Source: Eledone cirrhosa (lineage: Eukaryota). Taken from it: 64,000 nucleotides of DNA. Positions 48,178 to 61,539 of this stretch are shown here, one piece after another. The DNA lies in assembly GCA_964016885.1 (NCBI GenBank), contig OZ024752.1:11966001-12030000 (forward strand), read 5' to 3'. The notes under the pieces were generated by a model, which was given only the letters and a program-made list of their open reading frames with translations, did no database searches and was not told the origin of the DNA. A program made the position numbers and the translations under genes. The first letter of the stretch is position 1, and every line of letters begins with the position of its first letter.

Positions 48178-48813
48178 GTCAGGTCACCAGTTGGTGCTAC
48201 TGGTAACATGTATTCCAGTACAACCTGTCCCATGGTCGGATCGTTGGCGACTAAACTGGCAACCCCACCAAGGTTTCTTGGTGAGGAGGGTGACTTGGGA
48301 CATCCTGCAGGACTAAAAACAAAACCTGTCAAAGGGCAAAGGAGCTCTTAAGAGTCAATGGTCATCCAAAATCACCGGGAGAGATCACTCCTTAGCCTTT
48401 GTCAAGGCAGAATTCTAGGAGAAGGAAAACTCTGATATAACACCTGCAACCCTGATGGTATCCAATGATGTTGACTTGTTCTTCTTTTTGGTAAATATCA
48501 TCTTGGTTAAGAGAGTGGGACTGGCTTTGTGCAGTGCCTTTGATCACTATAAAAGCTTCACGGCACAGGCATTGCTTTATATCTGGAGATCTCTCTGCAC
48601 TTGTCGTCACATGGTACCATGGGTCCAGCACTATGTATCAATAATTGTCACAAGTGTAGTGTTTGTACCAGAGTTTTCAAGTCGCTGGCTGGACTAAAAA
48701 GTCACACTCGTTCAGCTCATCGGTAGGGGTTCTCCTACATTGATACAAAGTACTGGCCGTACTCGAAAACGAGTTGGCAGCCATTATATATGCATATATA
48801 TATATGTATATAA

Positions 48814-49000
48814 TAACGAAGGAAATGTGGTAAGGAACCAGGTGGACCATAACGCACCAAAGTACTCAATACTTGGGGTAGTAGAGTGGGTAATAGGAAC
48901 CAGTAAGACCCCGACGGCTGAGCTCAAGCCGTTTCGACGGCTAATTCGAATTAGCCGTCGAAACGGCTTGAGCTCAGCCGTCGGGGTCTTACTGGTTCCT
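48814..49000 (-). mobile_element. Palindromic GAAA-CGGC...GTC family, copy D
   Basis: Tail on the left, perfect palindrome centred on gctaattc|gaattagc. Confidence 0.75.
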
Positions 49001-49067
49001 ATATGTATATAATATATATATATTGACGAAACATAAGTCAATTGCATGAACTCATAATCCTTTATTT

Positions 49068-49123
49068 ACTGCTATATATATTACGATGATAGCCATTGAA
49101 TGGCTATGACCTCATCAGGCAGT
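49068..49123 (-). ncRNA. Hammerhead motif, same family as 14708 (GAAA mutated to GTAA)
   Basis: ACTGC-CTGATGA-GGTCATAGCCA ttcaa TGGCTATCATC-GTAA-TATATA-TA-GCAGT-aAATAAA; stem II covaries with the 14708 copy. Confidence 0.7.
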
Positions 49124-50051
49124 TAGTCAGTTCTTAGATATGCCAGCTCTGTGTTTATAGTGTTGATGGTATCAGAGCCTTGGGACATATCGTTTTTTAT
49201 ATAAAGAAAAGCCCTAATTTTCTCATATATATATGTATCTTGATCGCTCATGAAATCCACCCAGATTATGCTGACCGGATAACCATGTTGCTTGTTTATT
49301 CCCATCTTTGCTTTGCTTCATCCTTCTATGTTGCTTACTTGTCTCACTCGCTTTACACGATTTACTTGTCCCAATAGCTTTTTTTAGTTATTGCTCGCAC
49401 CAACCTGAGGTATATGATTTTTAATGCGATGAAATATCAATGATGGTTGGCAAATCACTGACGAAGGACTAATTTTATCATATGTAACCCATGTGCAATC
49501 ACGCAGTATTCTTCTTTCTTCTCATGTTTTTTATATATATTTACCTCAGCTGCGTTTGTCTGTTTCTCTCTTACTGCTTCCCCGTTCTCTCTGTTTCTCT
49601 CACCTTCTTTCGCCCCCTCTGTCAGTTACACTCTCTCTCGACTGACCTCTTCCTCGCACTTCCACTCACCCACTCTCTGTTTCTCCCCTTCTCACTACCT
49701 CCCGTTTGGCTAGTAGTGGGTTCTCTTCTTGCTCACATCTCACTCACGTCGGACGGTCTGTATCTTGATCGCTCATGAAATCCACCCAGCTTATGCTGAC
49801 CGGATAACCATGTTGCTTGTTTATTCCCATCTTTGCGTTGCTTCATCCTTCTATGTTGTTTACTTGTCTCACTCGCTTTACGCGATTTACTTGTCCCAAT
49901 AGCTTTATTTAGTTATTGCTCGCACCAACCTGAGGTATATGATTTTTAATGCGATGAAATATCAATGATGGTTGGCAAATCACTGACGAAGGACTAATTT
50001 TATCATATGTAACCCATGTGCAACCACACAGTATTCTTCTTTCTCCTCATG

Positions 50052-50120
<69 letters not shown>

Positions 50121-52360
50121 AAAATGAGGGCTTTTCTTTATATAAAAAACGAGATGTCCTACACGGGTGAAAGTATAAGAAAAAGAAATCGAAAATGTAA
50201 CTGGTGTCTTTTTAAGAATTTTAAGAATATTTATTTATTTCCTTTACCGGTTTCACAGTTCTTATGATTTTCAAAAGTATATGTGTGTGTGTATACATAT
50301 ATTATATACATGTGTATGTGTATATATATAATATATATATGTGTGTGTGTGTGTGTGTGTCTATATATTATATATGTGTGTGTGTGTGTATATATATTAT
50401 ATATATATGTGTGTGTGTATATTATATATATATGTATGTGTGTGTATATATAATATATATCATATATATGTATGTGTGTACATATATATTCTATATATTT
50501 GTGTGTGTACATACGTAGATATGATATGTTTGGGTGGGGAAGAAATAATTAGAGAAATAGAAAGAGAGAGTAAAAGATAGATAAATAGATCTACAGATAG
50601 AGAGATAGATGGATAGAGAGATAGAGCGATAGATAGAGAGAGAGATAGAGAGATATATATAGAGAGATAGAGAGATGGATAGATGTTGAGAGAATGTAAT
50701 GAGGTGAAGAGAAAGAGAAAGAAGAATGTGAGAAACGAGAGAAAGAAAAGACAAAGGAGTGAGAGAGAGAAAGGGAGAAAGAAAAGAGACAGAGAGGGAA
50801 ATAGTAAGTAAACTTAATGCGACAACGTTTTATGTCAATCATTGTTCTGAGGTGGAGTAGTATTTTCCAGGAGTAAATACAGTAGCACTAAGGTCTACTT
50901 TGCCTTCCCACCTTCTAGGTCAATAAACTAAGTCTCACTCAAAATATTTAAGGTTAAGTTAATTGAGGTCTAATGTAAGAAACCGACACAGGTAGATTTC
51001 ACTCTGGTGGAATTTGAACTCAGAACGTTAAAGAGCCGAAATATTTGGTGCTAAATCTTTGTCGGACACTCTAACAACACTGCCGACTCGCCCCCCTCTT
51101 ATATCAGAAATAAATAATCTATAACGTTATTGTGCTTGTTACAGCATGTATTCGAGCGTATCGAACGAAATCGAAGACATAAACGAAATCTTTAACAGAC
51201 AGAAATATATATATATATAATCATAACTATAATAAAGAAAGGAGTGCGGGACTGCGTTCCGAATATATTTTTTTTGCCCCGTTTGTAAAATAAGTTGGAT
51301 TACTTTGAATAAATAATGAATGAATATTAAATAATGTATCTACTAAATATCGTGGCTGTTGATTAAATATATTTTATAGCTTATTTAAAGATTCACTTCT
51401 TTAAAATTGTCAAATCTCAACACTTCCGGTTAGCGGCCATTATATTATATTATAGTATGTTATATGGTGGATTGGCAGTATCGGTAGAGGGTTGGACGCC
51501 ATGCTTTCCAGCATAGTTACGTCCCTTTACGATCTGAGTTCAAATCCCACCGAGGTTGACTTTGCCTTTCATCCTTACGGGGTCGATAAAATAAAGTACC
51601 AGTAATGCACTGGGTAATTGCTGGCCTTGTGCCTAAAGTAGAAACAATTATATTATATTATATTATAACACTTATAATCGCATATATTTCCGTCGCTAAT
51701 TTTCTCCTAATGCAGTTTATATATAATATCGTCTTTTTTAAAATGTATCATGGATTACGTTATTGATTACATAAGACAGTGTAACACAGTCTTCGTTCAA
51801 TTTCTGTGTATATTGTCAATTACGATTTTATTTACATGCATATATATTTGTGTATAATGTCAATATACACACTACACATGCTAGCAGAAAACCACCCGAA
51901 GGGTGGTTTTTCTGCTAGTAATAATAATAATAAATGTGAAGACTAATATATATATATATATACACACTCTCATACCATTCTCATCATTTTTCTATCTAGA
52001 AGGAGAATCAGAGTGGAGAGAGGTACTGCACCCCAGTAAATTTACTGATATGTGGGTGAATGTGACAAAAATGGCCCGAGTGATTGGGCCTTCTCTGTAT
52101 ATAAACCTGTAGGTTGGAGAGCGAAAAGAAGAAAGGAGCACTTGCACAACATGCTCCTGGAGTTGAGGGTTGTTCTATCTACAGGGTATAAAACAACCCA
52201 TTTGTAACGCCTCCCACCTATTGGGGATTTCGATTGTTATATTTTCATGTTAAAACATTTTTTACACGACTGTATGTAAAATCCCCGGCATGTCTTTGTA
52301 TTGTCCCCTTTTCTTGTGCGCCCTTGTGGTAAATAAAGAAATTTATCTATCTATCTGTAG

Positions 52361-52408
<48 letters not shown>

Positions 52409-52488
52409 GACAAAATAGAAATGAAAACATCCATACGGTGTGGAATTTCCAGGAGTCCCGATAGACACCATTATATATATTTTATTAA

Positions 52489-52831
52489 CCTCTTCAGTGC
52501 CGTAGATAACTCGTCCTTACATGTATACATTCCAGTGCCATGGGCGAGATAACTCGTCCTTACATGTATACATTCCAGTGCCATGGGCGAGATAATTCGC
52601 CCTAACATGTATGAACTCCTTTCCAAGAGTTCATAACTTCAGTTATGAACTATTTTTCATCAGTTCATAACTTCAAAGTTATGAACCCTTTTCCAGCAGT
52701 TGATAACTTCAAAGCTAGATGGGGCTACTAGTTTATTGATGTGATGTTTGTCAATCAAAATAGTCATTTTATTGAAATAAAACCCGGCACAGCAACTGTA
52801 GCTGTGTAAAATATACACTGCAGTCAACAGG
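52489..52831. mobile_element. Possible piggyBac-type MITE with internal repeats
   Basis: TTAA on both sides, imperfect TIR CCTCTTCAGTGC / GCAGTCAACAGG. Confidence 0.45.
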
Positions 52832-54309
52832 TTAAAGTAGTATGTTATGCAAAGGCTACAATACAGAATGGGTGGTAGATTTTGGAATAAATTGAAGGCA
52901 ACGAAGATGTTGTATCACATGTTATTTTATTTTATTAGGGCAGGTAAATAAAATAACAGATGAGACACCAACGCCTTCGTTGCATTCAATTCATTCCAAA
53001 ATCTACCGTCCATTTTGCAACGTCGTAACCTTCCAACACTATACTATTTTATACACTAGCACAATGCTTCAAACTACAACACTACCTTATATGTTTTACT
53101 GTCCTTTCGCTAGACTTTACAGAGTAACTAAATCTCAACAAGTGGTTCATTGTTTTATATGTGAATCTTATGGGTCCATAATCAGCACATTCAGCACTTA
53201 TTGAAGCTGTGGGAAAAGAATAACAGTTTGTGACAGTCGGGATTCACAATAATCTGTACGGGCACCACGCTAAGCATTAGCATGGAAAATACAGAGTGTT
53301 AAAGATCACTGGAGAATATGCCATGGAAAAAATAATATATCGCCTGCTGATTATGGTATTGAGAATTACTACAAAAAGAAACATGGATGAACAAGAGAAA
53401 AAAATATAAACATTGTTGTTGACGGAGTAAATTGAGAGATCCTTCACCAAATAATTGTTTCTAGTTTTGACACAAGGCCAACAATTATCCCAGTGCATTA
53501 CTGGTACTTTATTTTATCGACCCCGTAAGGATGAAAAGCAAAGTTAACCTCGACGGGATTTGAACTCAGACCATAAAGACACGTAACTATGCTGCAAAGC
53601 ATGGCGTCCGGCCCTCTACCGATACTGCCAACCCACCGCCTTCTTCGCCAAATCATGAGAAGACAGAGGGTTGGTTTAAGAGAAGATCAGATCTATGTAA
53701 AAAAAACACAATCTCTCTTGTGAAGATATACATAAATCCCTTGGTAAGATAAGACACCATCTTCTTACAGGTTGATTTAGGACATGTAAGAAACCATGCC
53801 CTAAACTTCAACCATGGGTATGTTGAAGGTTGAGAGAGTAAAATACGTGATGTATATACAGACCTGCCACCCTCTCAAACGGGGAGGACCATGAAAAAAG
53901 TGCCCCAAAACGGGGAGAGATGATGCAAAATGGGGAGATTTTACATAATGAAATCTATACTCATTTTCACAAGAAAAGACATCTCTCAGCCACCCCAAGA
54001 TGGGTAGGAGATCTCCCCGTCGGGTGGGGAGTGTTGACAGGTCTGCGTATGTGTGTGTGCGGGGTGGTGGTGGCTTGAAACAAGAATACGTGTAGAATGA
54101 CTTCATACCATTCAATGTAGATATAATAGCCATCAATGAGATAAAGGGTTCTAAGCAAGTAGGTCCTTCTATTTTGGTCGAATGGTCAGCACCGGCTGTT
54201 TCGAGTGAAGTATTCTTTCGGAACAATCTCAATAAGAAGAATACTCTTCTGTGTACGGCGGAATAGTTGAATGTTTTTAGACTTCACAGTCATTGCCGGA
54301 TTTAGGATA

Positions 54310-54607
54310 GTGAGATCCTGTGCTAGTTACGTTATGAGGTCCTGTACTAGTTAAGATATGAGGTCCTGCGCTAGTTACGTTCTGAGGCCTTGCGCTAGTT
54401 AAGTTATGAGTTCCTGTACTATTTAAGATATGAGGCCCTGTGCTAGTTAAGTTCTGAGGCCCTGCGCTAGTTAAGTTATGAGGTCCTGTACTAGTTAAGT
54501 TCTGAGGCCTTGCGCTAGTTAAGTTCTGAGGCCCTGCGCTAGTTAAGTTATGAGGTCCTGTACTAGTTAAGTTATGAGGCCCTGTGCTAGTTAAGTTATG
54601 AGGCCCC
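54310..54607. repeat. 24-bp tandem repeat, about 12 copies
   Basis: tgaggccctgtgctagttaagtta. Confidence 0.9.
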
Positions 54608-54971
54608 TTACTTGGGCCCTGAAGGAGGTAAAAAAATATTTTTGCAGGAAGATGGGCCCCTTCTGACCAACGGGACCCTGTGCCTAAGCTCACCAAAGCA
54701 CAATGGAAAATACGGAACTGTTCACAGTTCCGTATTTTCACAGCTGATTAAAAACCATAGTTATATCTAACCTAGGCTCACCCAAAATCTTCAAATATAT
54801 GATGTGTTCTAGCTTAAATATTTATTATATTTATCATTTATTTAATTACTTCGCCAAATGTTTGTATGTTATACAAGACAGACTATTTCAGGTATTTTCT
54901 ATATTATTCTATATAACATATATAGCACTGCTAGAGAAATAGTCCTTACATGTAAGCATGGGTGTGGCTAA

Positions 54972-55010
54972 TCTCTGATGAGGACACAATAATATCGAAA
55001 ACGTATCAGA
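54972..55010 (+). ncRNA. Minimal hammerhead motif
   Basis: TCT-CTGATGA-GGACA caataa TATC-GAAA-ACGTA-TC-AGA, then ATAAA. Confidence 0.55.
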
Positions 55011-55855
55011 ATAAAAGCTCATGTATTTTTGTATGTACATATAAACACCAATACATACATACATACATACAAACATACATACATACATACATACATACAT
55101 ACATACATACTCCCTAATTCATAGTCTACAAATGGCTGTGTATGTACACATACACACCAATACATGCATACATACATACATACATACATACATACATACA
55201 TACATACATACATACATACATACATACATACATAGACTACAAATGGCTGCGATAGCTGGCACCTTCAAAATTTGCAAAACATTCTTGCGATTCAAGAGAT
55301 GACAATTTCTTTCCTTTTACAACCTTGCCACCAGGAAGGTGGCCGGTCAAAAAATATACTCGAAATTAAGAGAAAGAGATAACATACATACATAATGGCT
55401 GTAAACTCTGCTAAGAGTATTACAATCGTTTGTCAGGTTATAGAATTTGGTGCACTTTTAGGCTACGGCCAGTCACACAAACCTGTAACATATCCTGAAC
55501 AAGCAATGCTTGTGCTTTGAATTTTTTTTTAAGTGAGCAAAGGACCAATCCCACACCAATCTTGCACTGGACCAATCCCACTCTCTGAGCATCGAAGACA
55601 GTACCCGAAAAGGAGAACTGGTCAACATCATCGGATGCTTCTAAAACTGTAGGGTTTTTGGGGCCTTTCACTCTCAGGTGAAAACTCAACATCAAAAGAA
55701 CTATTATTTGGATAGCCATTGATTCTGCTGAGTTGCTCCGCCCGTTGCCGGGTCTTGTATTTCATCCCACAGGATGTCCATACATACATACATACATACA
55801 TACACACATAAATATATAGTTACACAACCCTCCCCCCACACATACACATATATAT

Positions 55856-56067
<212 letters not shown>

Positions 56068-56096
56068 AAAGTTTACATACATATAAACTAGACAGA

Positions 56097-56148
<52 letters not shown>

Positions 56149-56213
56149 TTTGGCAACCATTCACGGTGTGGCTCAATGACGAATTAATTAATTAAATAAT
56201 CAACAATCAGAGC

Positions 56214-56875
56214 AATATATAAGAAAGTAAGTCCATAGAATCATTAGATAAAATATATACAGTATTTCTTCTCCCAATCAGCATAATGAACCATACAAAA
56301 AATCATTTCAACGAGGCTATAAGTTTAAAATATACTTATGAAGAAACAATAGATAAATAAATGATAGCTTTTTATCTGCGACCCACAACCACAGAAGATT
56401 TACCTAGTATTTCTGATAGCCTGTAGAAATTGACTAAACATATAGCTAACCATACATAATTAGGTACAAAATCAAAGTTAGAAGAAAAAATGTACATAAA
56501 CATACCAAAATCATCAAAATATATCTCTACCATAGGAAGTTTCATTCTCTTTTTGGATATATCCGATCTTGGATAAATCAACGAGTTTGGAAATCATCAG
56601 GAGATAAACTCTTGAGTTTGGACCTAATTATGTATGGTTAGCTATATGTCTAGTCAATTTCTACAGGCTATCAGAAATACTAGGTAAATCTTCTGTGGTT
56701 GTGGGTCGCGGATAAAAAGCTATCATTTATTTATCTATTGTTTCTTCATAAGTATATTTTAAACTTATAGCCTCGTTGAATTGATTTTTTGTATGGTTGA
56801 TTATGCTGATTGGGAGAAGAAATACTGTATATATTTTATCTAATGATTCTACGGACTTACTTTCTTATATATATA
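56214..56875. mobile_element. Inverted repeat, arms about 255 bp with about 140-bp spacer, in TA-rich flanks
   Basis: 56214-56470 is the reverse complement of 56617-56875. Confidence 0.7.
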
Positions 56876-57299
56876 TAATGTGTGTGTGTGTTTATATAAT
56901 ATATGTATATCTATATGATATATATATATATGTATATATAAATATACATATATACACATACATATATATACACATACATATATATGTATAATATAATACA
57001 TACATATATGTATAATATAATACATACATATGTGTGGGTGTATAAAGATTCGGAGGATTTGTACATATCATTATAAGATATAGAAGACTTAACCCATGAT
57101 TCTTTCTACTTATCCATTGCTTGCTTCCTTATTAATCGATACAAATCACTTCATTAGTCATAGATAGAGATTTGGGTAAAATAGTCTTGGACATAATTCC
57201 GAAAGTTTTCCAACACAACTGTTTACTTTGTATTGTACGAAGTATACTAAGATTAATGGTTCCTTTGCCCACAATTTTACCTGCTCAGAGTTGCTGAAA

Positions 57300-60085
57300 C
57301 ATGGAACAAACTACCTGCATCAGTTGTTAGCTGTCGGGACCCTGCATCCTTTAAAACTTCCATGGAACAAACTACCTGCATCAGTTGTTAGCTGTCGGGA
57401 CCCTGCATCCTTTAAAACCTCCATGGAACAAACTACCTGCATCAGTTGTTAGCTGTCGGGACCCTGCATCCTTTAAAACCTCCATGGAACAAACTACCTG
57501 CATCAGTTGTTAGCTGTCGGGACCCTGCATCCTTTAAAACTTCCATGGAACAAACTACCTGCATCAGTTGTTAGCTGTCGGGACCCTGCATCCTTTAAAA
57601 CTTCCATGGAACAAACTACCTGCATCAGTTGTTAGCTGTCGGGACCCTGCATCCTTTAAAACCTCCATGGAACAAACTACCTGCATCAGTTGTTAGCTGT
57701 CGAGACACTGCATCCTTTAAAACCTCCATGGAACAAACTACCTGCATCAGTTGTTAGCTGTCGAGACACTGCATCCTTTAAAACTTCCATGGAACAAACT
57801 ACCTGCATCAGTTGTTAGCTGTCGGGACCCTGCATCCTTTAAAACTTCCATGGAACAAACTACCTGCATCAGTTGTTAGCTGTCGGGACCCTGCATCCTT
57901 TAAAACCTCCATGGAACAAACTACCTGCATCAGTTGTTAGCTGTCGAGACACTGCATCCTTTAAAACCTCCATGGAACAAACTACCTGCATCAGTTGTTA
58001 GCTGTCGGGACCCTGCATCCTTTAAAACCTCCATGGAACAAACTACCTGCATCAGTTGTTAGCTGTCGGGACCCTGCATCCTTTAAAACTTCCATGGAAC
58101 AAACTACCTGCATCAGTTGTTAGCTGTCGGGACCCTGCATCCTTTAAAACCTCCATGGAACAAACTACCTGCATCAGTTGTTAGCTGTCGGGACCCTGCA
58201 TCCTTTAAAACTTCCATGGAACAAACTACCTGCATCAGTTCTTAGCTGTCGGGACCCTGCATCCTTTAAAACCTCCATGGAACAAACTACCTTTATCAGT
58301 TGTTAGCTGTCGAGACACTGCATCCTTTAAAATCTCCATGGAACAAACTACCTACATCAGTTGTTAGCTGTCGGGACACTGCATCCTTTAAAACTTCCAT
58401 GGAACAAACTACCTGCATCAGTTGTTAGCTGTCGGGACACTGCATCCTTTAAAACTTCCATGGAACAAACTCCCTGCATCAGTTGTTAGCTGTCGAGACA
58501 CTGTATCCTTTAAAACTACCATGGAACAAACTCCTTGCATCAGTTGTTAGCTGTCGAGCCACTGTATCCTTTAAAACCCCCATGGAACAAACTACCTGCA
58601 TCAGTTGTTAGCTGTTGAGACACTGCATCCTTTAAAACCCCCATGGAACAAACTCCCTGCATCAGTTGTTATCTGTTGGGACACTGCATACTTTAAAACC
58701 TCCATGGAACAAACTACCAGCATCAGTTGTTAGCTGTCGAGACACCGCATCCTTTAAAACCCCCATGGAACAAACTCCCTGCATCAGTTGTTAGCTGTCG
58801 AGACACCGCATCCTTTAAAACCCCCATGGAACAAACTCCCTGCATCAGTTGTTAGCTGTCGAGACACTGCATCCTTTAAAACCTCCATGGAACAAACTAC
58901 CAGCATCAGTTGTTAGCTGTCGAGACACCACATCCTTTAAAACCCCCCAAGGAACAAACTACCTGCATCAGTTGTTAGCTGTCGAGACACTGCATCCTTT
59001 AAAACCCCCATGGAACAAACTCCCTGCATCAGTTGTTAGCTGTCGAGACACCGCATCCTTTAAAACTTCCATGGAACAAACTACCTGCATCAGTTGTTAG
59101 CTGTCGGGACCCTGCATCCTTTAAAACTTCCATGGAACAAACTACCTGCATCAGTTGTTAGCTGTCGGGACCCTGCATCCTTTAAAACCCCCATGGAACA
59201 AACTCCCTGCATCAGTTGTTAGCTGTCGAGACACCGCATCCTTTAAAACCCCCATGGAACAAACTACCTGCATCAGTTGTTAGCTGTCGAGACACTGCAT
59301 CCTTTAAAACCTCCATGGAACAAACTACCAGCATCAGTTGTTAGCTGTCGAGACACTGCATCCTTTAAAACCTCCATGGAACAAACTACCTGCATCAGTT
59401 GTTAGCTGTCGAGACACTGCATCCTTTAAAACCCCCATGGAACAAACTCCCTGCATCAGTTGTTAGCTGTCGAGACACCGCATCCTTTAAAACCCCCATG
59501 GAACAAACTACCTGCATCAGTTGTTAGCTGTCGAGACACTGCATCCTTTAAAACCTCCATGGAACAAACTACCAGCATCAGTTGTTAGCTGTCGAGACAC
59601 CACATCCTTTAAAACCCCCCAAAGAACAAACTACCTGCATCAGTTGTTAGCTGTCGAGACACTGCATCCTTTAAAATCTCCATGGAACAAACTACCAGCA
59701 TCAGTTGTTAGCTGTCGAGACACCGCATCCTTTAAAACCCCCATGGAACAAACTACCTGCATCAGTTGTTAGCTGTCGAGACACTGCATCCTTTAAAACC
59801 CCCCATGGAACAAACTCCCTGCATCAGTTGTTAGCTGTCGAGACTCTGCATCCTTTAAAACCTCCATGGAACAAACTACCACCATCAGTTGTTAGCTGTC
59901 GAGACACTGCATCCTTTAAAACCCCCATGGAACAAACTCCCTGCATCAGTTATTAGCTGTCGAGACACCGCATCCTTTAAAACCTCCATGGAACAAACTA
60001 CCTGCATCAATTGTTAGCTGTCGGGACACTGCATCCTTTAAAACCTCCATGGAACAAACTACCTCCATCATTTAAAACCTCCATG
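57300..60085 (+). repeat. 61-bp satellite, about 45 copies, inside a CR1-group LINE 3' end (57265-60275)
   Basis: Unit catggaacaaactacctgcatcagttgttagctgtcgggaccctgcatcctttaaaacctc translates WNKLPASVVSCRDPASFKTS. Confidence 0.95.
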
Positions 60086-60635
60086 CTTCCTAAAATTTGC
60101 CAACACTACACCTTATATCCCCCTCCATACACACACACGTATGTATATGTGTGTATATCATGACTCATATACTGTTCACTTTCCTGACATTTGTACATTA
60201 TTCTATGAACTAAACATGCACCTTTGATGAGTTGTAGTGCATCTGAGCACTGTACACAATAATTTCATTATCATTATCCTATTGGAAATATCCCAGCATC
60301 GTACCAATAATTACATTCACTGAGGATAAGGATATTTAGAGACCAATCGTGCAAGGACGGAGTAGATTCACAGAATATATTTTGCATAAACTAAGATAAA
60401 AAAAATGGCGTGGGTGTTTGAAGACTGATTCAGCGGAAAAGCAACACTTAATAATAGCTACACAAACTGTCAGGTTATTTTTATTGTCAGCTTGGAATAA
60501 CTTCAACTGCATTACCACGGCAACGAATCGCTGTGCAGGAAACGCCTACTTTAAAGACTAAATGGGTCTAATTGAATTTTTCCGATTTATCACGACACAT
60601 CTCTTAACACAGATGTACTTACCTAATTTGTACAT

Positions 60636-60706
<71 letters not shown>

Positions 60707-60710
60707 AGAA

Positions 60711-60750
<40 letters not shown>

Positions 60751-60754
<4 letters not shown>

Positions 60755-61223
60755 TAATAAAAACAATGAATAAAAACAAAGAACAAGTTCCTTATATTAA
60801 AAAATTCATCATTTTACGATCGTTTCTAGGATATATATGTGTGTTGGTATGTATATCATATAGATCTATGTAAACATATTACAAACTATCAGAGGAAATA
60901 TACATACCTTCACATATATATATGCTGTCTTCAGCAGACAGCATATATATGAGAATATTTCCTCTGATAGTTTGTAATATTTTTACATAGATCTATATGA
61001 TATACATACCAACACACATATATATCCTAGAAACGATCGTAAAATGATGAATTTTTTAATATAAGGAACTTGTTCTTTGTTTTTATTAATTTATCTTGAC
61101 TCTGTTTTCCTGTGGTTTTCATCGAAAATTTTTGAATGCATCTTCTCTTTTCATGATATTTGGATTACATTGAGAGTTCTTCATACGGATTGGACACTAC
61201 CGTATATTTTGGTAGATTTATCT

Positions 61224-61225
<2 letters not shown>
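60751..61225 (+). mobile_element. Palindrome of about 340 bp plus tail in (TA)n; Penelope-like
   Basis: Centre tgctgtcttcagcagacagca; hammerhead core in the left arm. Confidence 0.7.
60811..60934 (-). ncRNA. Hammerhead motif with stem II domain of about 100 nt
   Basis: CTGAAGA-CAGCATATATATATG...CACATATATATCCTA-GAAA-CGATCG-TA; the 5' stem I strand is lost at the palindrome centre. Confidence 0.5.
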
Positions 61226-61286
<61 letters not shown>

Positions 61287-61356
61287 AAAAGAGTCAGGGC
61301 CCCGACGGCTGAGCTCCAGCCGTTTCGACAGCTAGATCCGAACTAAACCAGTAGTA

Positions 61357-61440
<84 letters not shown>

Positions 61441-61539
61441 ATATATATATAAGTATATATATGTGTGTGTATCTCGGGTTCAATCGGGGGTAACCATAGT
61501 AAGTAAGGTACTCAATACATAGCAGAGTATAATATTTAA

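Noticed and set aside
47282-48351. Longest ORFs in the track (168-299 aa)
   Set aside because: They are translations of TA/TG microsatellite; the same applies to the ORFs at 23617-24508, 33171-33769, 62392-62807 and 63386-63700.
53200-53450. Possible RT fragment (VGIH...PW)
   Set aside because: Too degenerate to call by eye; probably an old RTE remnant.
57300-60085. CRISPR-like regular array
   Set aside because: Head-to-tail units with no unique spacers, no cas genes and a eukaryotic context; likewise for 40415-41076 and 39283-39800.
60610-60640. ATG TAC AAA TTA G|gtaagt as arrestin exon 1
   Set aside because: Phase 1, incompatible with the phase-2 junction of the 31-nt exon; the same holds for ATG CCA TTT GAC GTT AAA G|gtgaat at about 40115-40142.
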